A stretch of 62,392 bases of DNA, filler included, from 7 parts of 7 records of this genome joined end to end with filler, not necessarily neighbours in it; one strand, 5' to 3'; counted from the whole stretch's first letter, positions 17,997 through 29,890 are shown. Notes: generated from the letters alone by a model not told the origin. A program made the numbers and translations.

Positions 17997-19070
17997 AAAT
18001 ATTTAAGTAAAAGAGCAAAAGAATTAGTCCCCTATGTACCTGGTGAACAGCCCATAGGGGATAATTTGATAAAAATTAACACCAATGAAAATCCATATCC
18101 TCCAAGCCCTAAGGCGATGGATGCTATGATTGATGCAGTCAATAGGAATTTAACCAAATACCCTAAGCCAGAATGCGAAGATTTGCGCAAAGCAATAGCT
18201 AGGGTTGAAAATTTACCTGATATAAGTTATGTATATGCTGGTAATGGTTCGGATGAAATACTGGCTTTTTGCTTTCAAGCATTTTTTGATACTGACAAAG
18301 ATGTACTATTCCCTGATATAACATATTCATTTTATCCTGTTTATTGTGGACTATATGGATTAAAGTATAGAGAAATACCACTGGATGTAAGTTTAAAAAT
18401 AGATTTTGATGATTATAAAGCAGATTCAACTGGGATAATTTTTCCTAATCCTAATGCACCAACAGGTGAGTACATAGAACTTGAGAAAATTGAAAAATTT
18501 GTTTCTGACAACCTAGATAAAGTTGTAATAGTGGATGAAGCATATATTGAATTCGGCGGTAAGTCAGCAGCGTGTTTAATAGAAAAGCACCCTAACTTGC
18601 TTGTTATACGTACATTATCCAAATCCCATTCTCTAGCAGGTCTAAGGTGTGGCTATGCTATGGGTCAGCCGCATTTAATAAACGGCATAATAAGGGTTAA
18701 AAACTCATTTAACTCATACACTTGTGATACTATAGCACAGGCTGGTGCTACCCAGAGTATTGTGGACGTTGATTACAAAGATGAGATGTGCGGTAAAATT
18801 GTGGAGACTAGGGAGAAAACAAAAGAGGAATTAAAAAAACTAGGATTTGAAATGACTGATTCAAAAAGCAATTTTTTATTTATTACTCATCCTCAAATTG
18901 ATGGAACAGAGATATTCAATAAGCTAAGAGAAAGAAACATTTTGGTTAGACATTTTAAAAAGCCTGAAAGAATTAATCAATATTTAAGAGTAAGTATTGG
19001 TACAGATGAGCAGATGGCTGTGGTAATAGAGAAATTAAAAGAGATAGTAGCATCAAGAGATAAGGCTTAA
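17997..19070 (+). CDS. hisC: Histidinol-phosphate aminotransferase (5' partial)
   Basis: PYVPGEQP, NTNENPYPP, GNGSDE, NPNAPTG, DEAY, RTLSKS.SLAGLR. Confidence 0.95.
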   Translation, partial: KYLSKRAKELVPYVPGEQPIGDNLIKINTNENPYPPSPKAMDAMIDAVNRNLTKYPKPECEDLRKAIARVENLPDISYVYAGNGSDEILAFCFQAFFDTDKDVLFPDITYSFYPVYCGLYGLKYREIPLDVSLKIDFDDYKADSTGIIFPNPNAPTGEYIELEKIEKFVSDNLDKVVIVDEAYIEFGGKSAACLIEKHPNLLVIRTLSKSHSLAGLRCGYAMGQPHLINGIIRVKNSFNSYTCDTIAQAGATQSIVDVDYKDEMCGKIVETREKTKEELKKLGFEMTDSKSNFLFITHPQIDGTEIFNKLRERNILVRHFKKPERINQYLRVSIGTDEQMAVVIEKLKEIVASRDKA

Positions 19071-19213
19071 ATGATTTTTGAATTTATTTGGTGTTTGGCA
19101 CATATGGATTTTGTACATTCCTTTATTATACGAGGTTAGAGATAAGTCTTACCCTAAGGAAAATACTTTCGCAATATGTCGCCATAAGCTGCACTAGACG
19201 AATAAATAACAGC

Positions 19214-19235
19214 AGAGGTTGTCAAGATAACCTCT
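19214..19235 (+). promoter_or_regulatory. Leader hairpin just before the DUF5058 RBS
   Basis: AGAGGTT gtcaagat AACCTCT. Confidence 0.35.
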
Positions 19236-19249
19236 CGGGGGAGGGTTTA

Positions 19250-20023
19250 ATGAATTATCAGGACATGATTAATTCCACGTTTTTGTATGTACTCGGCGGG
19301 ATAGTAGCTGCATTTGTATTATTGCAATCAGCAATATTTTTAGTAAGAGCATATAAACAAGGCATAAAAATGGGGATTAATAAAAAGAAGCTGTGGGGAG
19401 CGATAAGAAGCTCAGCACTATTTTCTATAGTACCGTCAATACCGATAGTAATTGGTGTATTTACGCTGATGAAGGCAATAGGAGTGCCTATTGCGTGGAT
19501 AAGGCTTTCTGTTATAGGGGCAGTTACTTATGAACTGCCTGCCGCTGAACAAGCAGCCACAGCTATGGGGATGTCTGGACTTTCTGATGCTAATTTTACT
19601 ATGGATGTATTTTCAGGAATAGTTTTGACTATGAGCATAGGAATAATAATAGGTTTAGTACTTTGTTTGTTTAATGGGGTTAAAATTGTACAGAAAAGAA
19701 TGGATAAAATGCAGAACGTAGATAGAAAATGGGGAGAGATGTTTGTTGCTGCGTTATTTATGGGTCTTGTTGCGGCGTTCTTTGGATACATTGTTTCACC
19801 GCCAATAGTAGGCATGATAAAGGGCACAGTTGCTGTGCATGATGGAATAACATCGATACTAGTACTTGTAACATCGGCAATATTTATGCTTGTACTCACG
19901 GGAATATCAAAAGCATCTGAAAAACTAAAGTGGGTAGAACAGTTTGCCTTGCCAGTATCCATGGTTATATCCATGGTGCTTGCTATAGTTTACTATTCAG
20001 CGTTAGGAGGCAGCATACAATGA
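19250..20023 (+). CDS. DUF5058 family membrane protein
   Basis: Likely start MNYQDMINS with GGAGGG RBS; G.P.AWIRLSVIGA..YE motif. Confidence 0.8.
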   Translation: MNYQDMINSTFLYVLGGIVAAFVLLQSAIFLVRAYKQGIKMGINKKKLWGAIRSSALFSIVPSIPIVIGVFTLMKAIGVPIAWIRLSVIGAVTYELPAAEQAATAMGMSGLSDANFTMDVFSGIVLTMSIGIIIGLVLCLFNGVKIVQKRMDKMQNVDRKWGEMFVAALFMGLVAAFFGYIVSPPIVGMIKGTVAVHDGITSILVLVTSAIFMLVLTGISKASEKLKWVEQFALPVSMVISMVLAIVYYSALGGSIQ

Positions 20024-20685
20024 GTGTGAAAACAGTAGATGGCTCATATGAGAAATCAGTACACAGATTAGGAAGAATATTTGCAGGGATTGCTTTAATT
20101 ATTATTTTAGGTATACCAGTTGCAATAATGCTGTATTACAATGTTATGCCTCCGTGGAAAGGTTTTCTTTTGGGATTATGGGGCGTAGCGGCGATTTATG
20201 TTCCAGTGGGTGTAATTGAATTTTTTACTTATGTACCAATGCTTGGAACGGGCAGTTCGTATTTGATGTTTGTAACAGGTAACCTAACTAACTTAAAAGT
20301 ACCTTGCGCATTAAATGCACTGGAAGTAGCTGAGGTTAAGCCTGCCACAAAAGAAGCGGATATAATAGCAACTATTTCTGTTGCTACATCGGCAATCGTA
20401 ACGGATTTAATAATTATAATTGGTGTTGCTGCAGCTAGTGCATTGCAGCCTGTGTTGGAATCGGCAGCCGCCGCACCAGCGTTTGATAACGTAATACCCG
20501 CACTATTTGGCGCGCTTGGCGTAGTATGGCTAAGAAAACACTGGAAGATAGCAGTAATACCATGTATTTGCATGCTGATTGCATTTATTTTCTTACCAAC
20601 AAGATTGCTTGGGATAATGATACCTGTAGCTGCTGTGATAGCGATTGCGTGCGCAAGATTTATATATAAAAAGGGATTAAAATAG
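20020..20685 (+). CDS. Multi-pass membrane protein, DUF5058 partner
   Basis: ATGA overlap; IEFFTYVPMLG...SYLMFVTGNLTNLKVPCA; PALFGAL. Confidence 0.8.
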   Translation: MSVKTVDGSYEKSVHRLGRIFAGIALIIILGIPVAIMLYYNVMPPWKGFLLGLWGVAAIYVPVGVIEFFTYVPMLGTGSSYLMFVTGNLTNLKVPCALNALEVAEVKPATKEADIIATISVATSAIVTDLIIIIGVAAASALQPVLESAAAAPAFDNVIPALFGALGVVWLRKHWKIAVIPCICMLIAFIFLPTRLLGIMIPVAAVIAIACARFIYKKGLK

Positions 20686-20695
20686 GAGGAATATT

Positions 20696-22159
20696 ATGTG
20701 GTTAATTATAGTGGCTGCATTAGTTGCATTGTTATTAATTATTATGTTAATACGCACATTAATGTTTAAGCCGAATGATAGTGAAAAAGCAGAAAAAGCA
20801 GATATAAAATTACAAAGCAAGGATGTCGCAAAACATTTGTCAGGAGCAATAAAGCTAAAAACAGTTTCAAACCCTGATCCTGACAAGGTGGATTGGAAAG
20901 AGTTTGACAAATTCAGAGACTATTTAATTAAAACTTATCCTAAAATTCATGAAGTAATGGAAAGGGAAGTAATATCTGATTATTCATTGCTATACAAATG
21001 GAAAGGCAAGGATACAGGCAAAAAACCATTAGCACTACTTTCCCACATGGATGTTGTACCAGTTATGCCAGGTACAGAAGATGATTGGGGACAAGAAGCG
21101 TTTTCTGGCCATATAGATGACAAATTTGTATGGGGTCGCGGTACTTTAGATATGAAAGGCTACTTAATATCGGTTTGCGAAGCTGTTGAGCAGCTGCTGA
21201 ATAATGGTTATGAACCAGAATGCGACATATATTTGTGTTTTGGACACAATGAAGAGGTTGTTGGAGCAGAAGGCGGCGGTGCAAAAGCTATAGCTGACAC
21301 TTTGGAGGAAAGAGGCATCGAGCTTGGTATGGTAATAGATGAAGGCGGTGCAGTAATCCCGGGTACAATGTTTAATGTGCCAACTGGAGACATTGCAGTT
21401 ATTGGGATTGCAGAAAAAGGTTATGCAGATATAAAGGTTACCTGCAAAAAGGCAGGCGGTCACTCATCTCAGCCGCCAAAAGACAATGGACTGGTTGACC
21501 TAGCAAAAGTATTAGTACGACTTGACAAAAAGCAAATGAAACAACGCTTTACTTACCCTGTTAAACATCTTTTTGATAATACTGGCAGATATATGAGCTT
21601 TGGTATGAGATTTATGCTTAGCAATTTGTGGATAACTAAGCCGTTAGTTTTGAAAGCTTTGTCAAATTCGCCTACTTCTAATGCATTAACTAGAACAACA
21701 ATCACACCCACTATGGCAGAGGGTTCGCCAGCAGGAAATGTTTTGCCTCAAACTGCTTATGTAAATATTAACTCACGCGTTTTACACGGGCAAAAAATAG
21801 AAGATGTTAAAGACCACATTAAAAAGTGTGCAAAGGACATTGAAATAGAGATGGAACTTCAGCGAGGAAGAGAACCTTCATCCGTGTCTATAGTAGAATG
21901 TGAAGAGTATGAGATAGTTAAAAAGACAGTGAAGCAAATTCATGGTGAAATAGCTGTTGCACCATATTTGATGGTAGGGGGTACGGACTCATGCTTTTAT
22001 GATAATGTCTGTGACAAGATATTCCGGGTGGGACCATTTAAGATGACAAAGGAATCTCTAGGCTCTATACACTCAACTAATGAAAAGATAGAGATTGACA
22101 AATTAGAGGACGGTGTAAGATTTTATATTAAGCTAATTAACAATTATTGTGACAAATAA
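20696..22159 (+). CDS. M20 family peptidase (carboxypeptidase S / PM20D1-like) with N-terminal anchor
   Basis: SHMDVV, WGRGTLDMK, HNEE, DEGG, GGHSS, GGTDS, IHSTNE. Confidence 0.92.
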   Translation: MWLIIVAALVALLLIIMLIRTLMFKPNDSEKAEKADIKLQSKDVAKHLSGAIKLKTVSNPDPDKVDWKEFDKFRDYLIKTYPKIHEVMEREVISDYSLLYKWKGKDTGKKPLALLSHMDVVPVMPGTEDDWGQEAFSGHIDDKFVWGRGTLDMKGYLISVCEAVEQLLNNGYEPECDIYLCFGHNEEVVGAEGGGAKAIADTLEERGIELGMVIDEGGAVIPGTMFNVPTGDIAVIGIAEKGYADIKVTCKKAGGHSSQPPKDNGLVDLAKVLVRLDKKQMKQRFTYPVKHLFDNTGRYMSFGMRFMLSNLWITKPLVLKALSNSPTSNALTRTTITPTMAEGSPAGNVLPQTAYVNINSRVLHGQKIEDVKDHIKKCAKDIEIEMELQRGREPSSVSIVECEEYEIVKKTVKQIHGEIAVAPYLMVGGTDSCFYDNVCDKIFRVGPFKMTKESLGSIHSTNEKIEIDKLEDGVRFYIKLINNYCDK

Positions 22160-22260
22160 CACTTTTACTTGAAAGAATATAACCTAGATATTATAATGGT
22201 ACTGACTAACTAAAGATAAAGTCAGTGCCATTATGCTTTCATGTGGTTTTGGAGAGACAA

Positions 22261-22998
22261 ATGAATAAATATAAGGTAATAGCTTGCAAGGTTTTATCAA
22301 AAGAATTATATACGATTGCATCAAAAAGTAAAAATGCAATAGATATCCTATGGCTTCAGCAAGCTTTACACAATACGCCAGACAAACTAAGAAAGCAAAT
22401 AGATGAAGCAATACTGCGTGTTGAAAACGAAGATGAAAAATACGATGCTATATTACTAAGCTATGGGCTTTGCAGCAAAGGTATTTTGGGAGTTAAGGCA
22501 TATAACACTCCAGTAGTTGTGCCTAGAGGTCATGACTGCATTACGATGCTTTTAGGATCGAAAGAAAAATACAGAGAATTATTTGACAGCTATGAAGGGG
22601 GCATATACTGGTATAGCTGCGGATGGATAGACAATGCATTGCAGCCAGGCAAAGAAAGGTATGAAAGAACATATAAAGACTACCTTGATAAGTTTGGTGA
22701 GGATAATGCCAAGTATTTGATGGAAATGGAGCAGAACTGGATGCAGGAATATAATTGCGCTATGTACATAAGGTGGGAAGAGTTTGAAGACGGCAGAAAC
22801 AAAGAATATATAGAATACACAAAAGAATGTGCACAGTATCTAGACTGGAAATATGAAGAGGTATGGGGTTCATCATCCTTGCTTACAGATTTGTTAGAGG
22901 GCAATTGGGATGATGAAAGGTTTTTATTTGTTGCACCAAAGCAGAAAATAGTAGCCACAAATAATAAGGATATAGTGGGAGTAAAAGATGATGAGTGA
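22261..22998 (+). CDS. DUF1638 domain protein
   Basis: IACKVL; LHNTPDKLR; YGLCSKG; HDCITMLLGS. Confidence 0.85.
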   Translation: MNKYKVIACKVLSKELYTIASKSKNAIDILWLQQALHNTPDKLRKQIDEAILRVENEDEKYDAILLSYGLCSKGILGVKAYNTPVVVPRGHDCITMLLGSKEKYRELFDSYEGGIYWYSCGWIDNALQPGKERYERTYKDYLDKFGEDNAKYLMEMEQNWMQEYNCAMYIRWEEFEDGRNKEYIEYTKECAQYLDWKYEEVWGSSSLLTDLLEGNWDDERFLFVAPKQKIVATNNKDIVGVKDDE

Positions 22999-24079
22999 GA
23001 TAAAAAAGCCATCAATATTTAAAATAATATTTAAGCTGCCGTATTTGCTGTTTTTTCCTGCAGCATTGATTTTGGTGGATTTTGCAAAGAGTAATCCTAA
23101 CACAGTTGAGAACCTATATAGTACAAAAATCTACCCTGTGGTTGGGAAAATAATATCCTTTATATTTGGATTTGTGAATTTTTCAGTAGCTGAAATACTG
23201 TTATATGCATTGATTATTTTAGTGCCGTTAGGATTGGTTTTTAGCATAGCAAAGAAGAAAAACGGCGGATATCATGCTGTAAATTATGTCGTTACTGTAT
23301 TGTGTGCGGTTTCTGTTGGGTATTTTCTATTTATTGCAATATGGGGACTTAATTACTACAGATTGCCCCTTTCTGATATTTTGGAATATGAAGTAATGGA
23401 ATCGTCAACTGAAGAGTTAGCGGATTTATGCGGAGATTTAATAAATGATGCTAATGAATTGAGGGCGCAGCTAGAAGAAGATGAAAACGGTGTATTAGCT
23501 TTACCGTATACAAAGGAAGAATTATTCCAAAATATAACCGATGCGTATGAAGAATATGGAAAAACTAATAAAATTTTTTCTGGGAGGTACAGCAATCCAA
23601 AGTCTGTATTATTAAGCAAAAGAATGTGCTATACTGAAATAACTGGAATATATATTCCCTTTACTGGCGAAGCGAACGTTAACGTTGCCATAATGCCGAT
23701 GTCACTTGCCATCACTGCTACTCATGAAGCGGCGCACCAAAGAGGAATAGCAAGGGAAGATGAAGCGAACTTTATGTCTTACTTAATATGCAGAGACTAT
23801 GGCGACACTTATATGCAGTATTCTGGAACTATGCTTGCATTAATATATTCAATGAACGCACTGTCGTCTAGTGACAGAGATATGTTTTACGAATTAGCTG
23901 CTGAATATGGTGATGGAATAAAACGTGACTTAAAAGCAAATAATGAATTTTGGAAGCAGTACGAAGGAAAAACAGCGGAAGTTGCTCATGAGGTAAATAA
24001 TGCGTATTTAGTAAGCAACAATCAAGAAGACGGCGTAAAAAGCTATGGTCGTATGGTTGATTTGCTGTTGGCTGAAAAA
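22988..24079 (+). CDS. DUF3810 domain protein (3' partial)
   Basis: WGLNYYR; PFTGEANVN; HEAAHQRGIAREDEANF. Confidence 0.88.
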
Positions 24080-24179
24080 NNNNNNNNNNNNNNNNNNNNN
24101 NNNNNNNNNNNNNNNNNNNNNNNTTAATTAATTAANNNNNNNNNNNNNNNNNNNNNNNNNNNNNNNNNNNNNNNNNNNN
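24080..24179. other. Artificial contig spacer
   Basis: N44-TTAATTAATTAA-N44. Confidence 0.98.
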
Positions 24180-24180
24180 A

Positions 24181-24267
24181 TTTATTATAAATTCTGCATA
24201 TAATGAGTTCGAATATGTGCAAAAAGCTTTCTTACTTGATGTTGATGCTTATATTTCAAAGCCTTAA
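24181..24267 (+). pseudogene. Remnant C-terminal part of a receiver domain
   Basis: Translates as FIINSAYNEFEYVQKAFLLDVDAYISKP followed by a stop; resembles YesN-type receivers. Confidence 0.5.
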
Positions 24268-24454
24268 AAAGAGAATTAATTGGTATCAATATTTAATTTT
24301 CAGTTCGCAAATTTATTTAAATTAATAAAGAATTATAGTATAATAATAGGGATAATTTGCTTTAAGGAAATAAAAATGGAAATAGGCAAAAAAATAAAAA
24401 TCTAGTATAATTTAAAAAGAAGCTTTCCAATATCCACTTTTATATCACCTAAAT

Positions 24455-25084
24455 TTACTTACTATCTTCCCCCCACTGATTGACATGTAGTTTTTCCTCT
24501 AAATCCACTTCTTTTTGCAGTATTTTTCTTGCATTATTTGCTTTATATCCAAATGGTATTATAGCAGCAACTTCTAAATCTTCTGGAATGCCTAATATGT
24601 TCTTAACAGCTTTCGTATTCTTTGGAATAAATGTCACCCCAAAAACATTGCTATCCGCCAAACTTAATAATATATTCTCTATACAACACCATACTGATGC
24701 TAATCCGTTCAAATCATATACAATCTTACTCTCTCGAACCGCTGTCTTTGGCTTATATACTACTACTAATAATTCTGGTGCTTCTAGTATCATTCTCTTT
24801 TGCTTTGGGATAGCATCCAAATACATTTCTTTTGATATATTTTCATAATCTTTAAATGAATCTTCGATTTCATCCGTTATACTTTCAGCCATATTCTCGG
24901 TTTGAGTTAATGCATATCTTATAGTCTGTTCTTTTACAAGTACATAGTCCCATTCCCTTGAATGATTATAGCTAGGTGCCTTCAATCCAGCCATCAATGA
25001 CTGTACTATAATATGATCTGGCACATGCTTTTTGTCAAAATCTCTTACCGTTCTTCTCGTATTAATAACATCAATAAATTCCAC
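24455..25084 (-). CDS. Nitroreductase family protein
   Basis: INTRRTVRDF; KAPS.N..REW; ENILLS; IPFGY. Confidence 0.9.
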   Translation of the reverse strand: MEFIDVINTRRTVRDFDKKHVPDHIIVQSLMAGLKAPSYNHSREWDYVLVKEQTIRYALTQTENMAESITDEIEDSFKDYENISKEMYLDAIPKQKRMILEAPELLVVVYKPKTAVRESKIVYDLNGLASVWCCIENILLSLADSNVFGVTFIPKNTKAVKNILGIPEDLEVAAIIPFGYKANNARKILQKEVDLEEKLHVNQWGEDSK

Positions 25085-25418
25085 AATGTATCTCCTTAAT
25101 ATTCAAATCATAAAGATTCAAGTAAAGCGTTTACATGCCATATATCCTGCTCAAAGTATGCTTTCTTAACTCTTTTACAACGTTTGGTTTAATCATAACC
25201 ATCTCATAAATGTACGATTGGTCATTCTCACTCGATAAAGTTACATGCAAGCCGAACTATTTGGCATGCTTTATGTATTTTTTCATAGTATTTTTTTGCT
25301 TATTTATATGTTGTATTTATGGTTAATATGGTTTTTAGTATCAAAATAGTATCATAAGATTTAAAACATCTTCTATAAGACTAAGCGGATTATCAACTCC
25401 TATATTGCATTCACACCA

Positions 25419-26779
25419 CTAAACAATCGGAATCTTTATTGTAAAAGTCGTCCCCATCTCCAAACTACTTTTAACTGATATTTCCCCTTTATGCGCATCT
25501 GCAATTTGCTTGCATATCGGCAGTCCTAGCCCAACACCTTCATAGTCATTATGTTTTGACTTTTCACCTTGATAATAATACTCAAATATATACGGTAAGT
25601 CTTTGATACTTATTCCTTCACCATCATCAGATACTGAAATTACCAGCAAATCGTCTTGTCGAAAGGCAGATAACGCAATAGCTTCACCGTTTTTTGTATG
25701 TTTAACAGCATTGTTATATAGATTATTGATAACCTGACCAATCCGCAATTTATCCAAACTAACCAAGCATTTAGGCACTCGATTTTCAAAAGTCGTCCCT
25801 GATCTATTGGTTCTTCTTATATCATTGAAAATTTCAGCTATCAATTCATCTGCATAGCATTCTTCAAAATTGTATTTAAATATATTCGAATCCACCTGCG
25901 AGCATTTGAAAAAGTCATCCACCTGCGTAGCCAACTCACTTGTTCTTTTGCTTAATGTTTCAATATATTTACGTTCTTCGTCTTTGTTTTTTGCAATCCC
26001 TTTTAGCAACGCCTCCGAATAGGCTGAAATCGCAGAAATCGGCGTTTTAATCTCATGGGATATCATGGTGATGAACTTCTTTCTTTCAGCATCTAAACTA
26101 AGCTTTGTTTGGTTCCTGTGTGCTGATTCCTCTACAAGTCTGTTGTATGCAACAAAAAGTTCTTTGAACTCAATTTCCTTAGAAATTGTTGCTTTTTCAA
26201 CACCCCATTTACCATATCGTCCAACCCATTTTTAATTGCCGACACTTTGTAACTTTTATTTGAAAATATATTAAATGCAAGCCAAATGATTGATATTATC
26301 ACGAACAGAATTATAGAAATTAAAATCCAATCTAAAATCATTTGATACTTCACTTCGAGGATATAAATCTTTTCAAATATAATAAATCCAACTATTTCTC
26401 CATTCTGATAAAGCGGCATACTCAGTTTATAGCCATTCGGATTGGTTTTTTTATAGTATTCATCTTGGTATAATGCACTCTTTATGATGCTTTTGTCATC
26501 TAAATATGAATCTTCCTGATTAGTATAAACAATTTCATCTTTGAGATTGACGATGGTTATACCCATTTCATCTGATTCATTTAGATCGTCTTCATCGATA
26601 TTAAGTCCACCGTCTTTTAAACTAGCATATAATGAATTTGCATCAATGCGCAGTCTATTAATATAATTTTCTTTCTTATTCGCTTTTGGATATAAACAAG
26701 TATAGCTGACGCCTAATGAAATAAGCAATATGAGCAAAGCAACAAAAAGCACTTTTTTAGTATTCAAACTTATACCCAA
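25419..26779 (-). CDS. Sensor histidine kinase, split by a 1-nt homopolymer loss near 26193-26206
   Basis: TM sensor half plus SHEIKTP, NNAVKH, DDGEGI, GVGLGL; adding one base restores a HAMP-like linker. Confidence 0.85.
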
Positions 26780-27437
26780 CTCCCCATATCGTTTTAATCA
26801 AAGAATGATTCGGATTGACCGCTTCGAGCTTGTTTCTAATTTTGCAAATATGAACAGAGACTGTGCTGATTTCTCCAAATTCATCTTGTCCCCAAATCGC
26901 ATCATATATCTGTTCTTTTGTAAAAACTTCACCTTGTTTGCTTGCAAGAAACAGCAACAAGTCAAATTCCTTGCCAACCAGTTCGACAGATTGCTCATAG
27001 AAATTCACAGTTCTCGTCTTTTCATCAACATCAAAATGCTCAAAGCCAATATAATTGTTGCTTTTACTCTGCTTCCTATATCGCCGAAGAATCGCCTTAC
27101 TTTCTGCAACAACAACAGTCGGGCTATAGGGTTTTATCATATATTTATCCGCACCAAGTCCTAAAGAAAGAATTTTAGATACATCCTCATCTTTAGCACT
27201 TAACATGATGATTGGTATATCACTCTCACTTCTGATATTTCTGCAAATCTCAATACCATCATCATCGGGCAGCATGATATCCAATATCACCAGAGAAGGT
27301 TTAAACGCGTGAAATTTCTCATAAGCTTCTTTTCCTGTTTCAGCCGTTTCAGCTTTGAATCCATCGCTTACAAAAAAATCTCTGAGTATTTTTAATAGAT
27401 CTCTATCATCGTCTACAATTAAAACTTTGTTTTCCAT
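26757..27437 (-). CDS. OmpR/PhoB-family response regulator
   Basis: VLIVDDD, LDIMLP, KPY, TVSVHI, IKTIWGVGYKF. Confidence 0.95.
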   Translation of the reverse strand: MENKVLIVDDDRDLLKILRDFFVSDGFKAETAETGKEAYEKFHAFKPSLVILDIMLPDDDGIEICRNIRSESDIPIIMLSAKDEDVSKILSLGLGADKYMIKPYSPTVVVAESKAILRRYRKQSKSNNYIGFEHFDVDEKTRTVNFYEQSVELVGKEFDLLLFLASKQGEVFTKEQIYDAIWGQDEFGEISTVSVHICKIRNKLEAVNPNHSLIKTIWGVGYKFEY

Positions 27438-27538
27438 ACACTTGACGATTCCTTTCATTAAACAAAATTACATATTTATATGAAATATTAATTCCACCAC
27501 GTTATATCCACAATGGCTAAGTTCCAAACTTCTCTCTT

Positions 27539-29890
27539 TTATTCTGATATCAACTGCCTTGGTGAAACTGCACTTATTCTCTTTGTCGGGATCAATGTGC
27601 TCAACACAGATATAAGAGCAAATACGAATACCACACCAATACTTCCAATTACATTGTGAATAAGCGGTAAGCTTATAATGCTGTATGACATCGATATAGA
27701 CATCTGCATCAACATATCAGCGAATATAAAGCTTAGCATAAGTGCCAAAGCTCCTCCTATCAATGCCGTTATTATAGTTTTTATAATTAAAATAACGACA
27801 ATATTGACTTTGGTAAAACCAATGGCTTTCATAATCCCAAATTTTTTATGTGAACTGTTTATGTCAATTATAGTAAAGTTAAGAACGATTAGCAAATTAA
27901 TAATGATAAACACTAGCAGCATGGCGCTGATTACAAGCGGCAAAAATGCTATAGAATCGATAATTTTTTGAACATAGATATCAAAACGAGATGTAATCGC
28001 AGATTCCCCCAAAACTACTTTCACAAATGCGTCCAGCTTACTCAGTGTTAAATCAGCGTCCTCCGTATATATCCAGTACGATACTTGGCTTTGAACAAAA
28101 TCTTCAGGGATGGTATTTTCATACCGAACATAACTATACCCATTTGACTCCATTGAGTCGTATATACCACAAATCAAATATGTCTCACTTGCTTCGTTAT
28201 TATAAATTGTTATATAATCGCCAATACTTTTGCTTGAATCCTCTGCAACAAGCGAGGTAATAATAATTTCATTGTCAGCTTCAATCTGTCTGCCCTGTTT
28301 CAACAAGACTAAATCAAAGTCAGTATCACCATAAAACACCTTTTCCATAGCCGTCTGTTTACTGCCATCGCTTCTGGTAAAAGACAAAGTATTAAAAGCA
28401 TCCTCATAACTCATCACCAACAATTTATCAACACCATCGATATCTTTAATTTTGGTATATGCATCCCTAGCGCTGTCTTCCTCAGCATTTGTAACCGCAT
28501 AATCACCCACTTTAAGCCCCATCAGATTATTCGCAAAATGATTTTGGTTTGATATGGTATAGCTCATATTAAAAAACACCAGAGTCGGAAAAACAAGCAG
28601 TGTAATGAGCAATATATTACCTATCGTTTTCTTTCTGTTTTTTAAAAAATCTTTTATTGCGATCAGAAAAAGTATGGAAGATTTTCTTTTACTGATATCA
28701 AATACATCTGGTTTAAAATTCATCTCGGGGATGCCATATTTAATCGCTTGTACTGGTTTTATCTCCCTTAACTTTTTTATCTTTGTGTATGAAAACAAAA
28801 TCAAGAGCCCTACGATCAACAAAATTGTTATCGGTATTAAGATGCCGATCGGCGCAGTTGTATGAACCTTTATATCAGCATTAAGCACTTGGCTTATTCT
28901 TCGCTGTGCAATTATACCAATTCCAGACCCAATAGTTGATGACAAAGCGCCTATAAATACATATTTGAAAATTATACTCATCATAATCTGTTTTTCAGAA
29001 TATCCTACCGCCTTTTGAATACCAATTTGCTTAAACTTTTTGTATATGGTATCTGAAATTATCGTTCTAATTACGAATATGACGATAAATAAAATCAGCA
29101 AGGATACTGCAATGAACACACCTGATATTATACTTTGCACCATTGAATGAGCCATTAGAAAATCTTTGTGATGCCAAGTTATTGGTATGGCATCTGCATC
29201 CAATTCACGATATAAGTCATTAAAAAAGTCCGTTTCATTAACATTTTCAGGGTCTTTGTACTTAACGAATATACTCACAAGCTCATAATCAATATTTTCC
29301 TCATCAAAGAAATTCAAAGATACAAACACCCTATCCGGTGAAATAAAACTATTACTATACTGGGCATCAACAACTATGCCTGCAACCTTCAAAAAAAGCA
29401 TCGTCTCTCCGGCTGTTATCTTTACCGTATCACCAATGTCGAGACCCATTTGTCTAGCAAATACATAGTTGATCAATATCTCGCCACTCGCAGGCGGTTC
29501 TACTATCTTATTTTCATCAATATACAAGATGTCCACGTCATCTCTTTGATTAAACTCTGTCAACAAAATTGACGTGTTCTTTGTTTCACCATCAATTTCA
29601 GTGTCTAATCCGCATAAAGTCGTTTGATACTCTGCTATCGTTTCAACTTGTTCATTTTCATTTAACAAATCAATTATTTCGCTCACAATTGGCTGATATC
29701 TAGGCATAATGATATGACTGTGTGCTGCATTTGCCCGTTTGTACATGGCTTTATATGCCTTCGGCTGGGTGATCAGCGACAGACCTGTAAAGAAAATTGC
29801 AGAAACTAAGACGAGTACGATTCCAACAAGTATGGTTTGCATTTTTTGTTTTTTTATCGATGTCAGCGCAGACTTTAAAACAACAAACAT
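27539..29890 (-). CDS. FtsX-like ABC exporter permease
   Basis: Starts MFVVLK; two FtsX modules (IGIQKAVGY, FGIMKAIGF). Confidence 0.85.
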   Translation of the reverse strand: MFVVLKSALTSIKKQKMQTILVGIVLVLVSAIFFTGLSLITQPKAYKAMYKRANAAHSHIIMPRYQPIVSEIIDLLNENEQVETIAEYQTTLCGLDTEIDGETKNTSILLTEFNQRDDVDILYIDENKIVEPPASGEILINYVFARQMGLDIGDTVKITAGETMLFLKVAGIVVDAQYSNSFISPDRVFVSLNFFDEENIDYELVSIFVKYKDPENVNETDFFNDLYRELDADAIPITWHHKDFLMAHSMVQSIISGVFIAVSLLILFIVIFVIRTIISDTIYKKFKQIGIQKAVGYSEKQIMMSIIFKYVFIGALSSTIGSGIGIIAQRRISQVLNADIKVHTTAPIGILIPITILLIVGLLILFSYTKIKKLREIKPVQAIKYGIPEMNFKPDVFDISKRKSSILFLIAIKDFLKNRKKTIGNILLITLLVFPTLVFFNMSYTISNQNHFANNLMGLKVGDYAVTNAEEDSARDAYTKIKDIDGVDKLLVMSYEDAFNTLSFTRSDGSKQTAMEKVFYGDTDFDLVLLKQGRQIEADNEIIITSLVAEDSSKSIGDYITIYNNEASETYLICGIYDSMESNGYSYVRYENTIPEDFVQSQVSYWIYTEDADLTLSKLDAFVKVVLGESAITSRFDIYVQKIIDSIAFLPLVISAMLLVFIIINLLIVLNFTIIDINSSHKKFGIMKAIGFTKVNIVVILIIKTIITALIGGALALMLSFIFADMLMQMSISMSYSIISLPLIHNVIGSIGVVFVFALISVLSTLIPTKRISAVSPRQLISE

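Noticed and set aside
19071-19249. Riboswitch or T-box in the hisC-DUF5058 intergenic region
   Set aside because: Only one short hairpin; no T-box or known aptamer consensus recognised.
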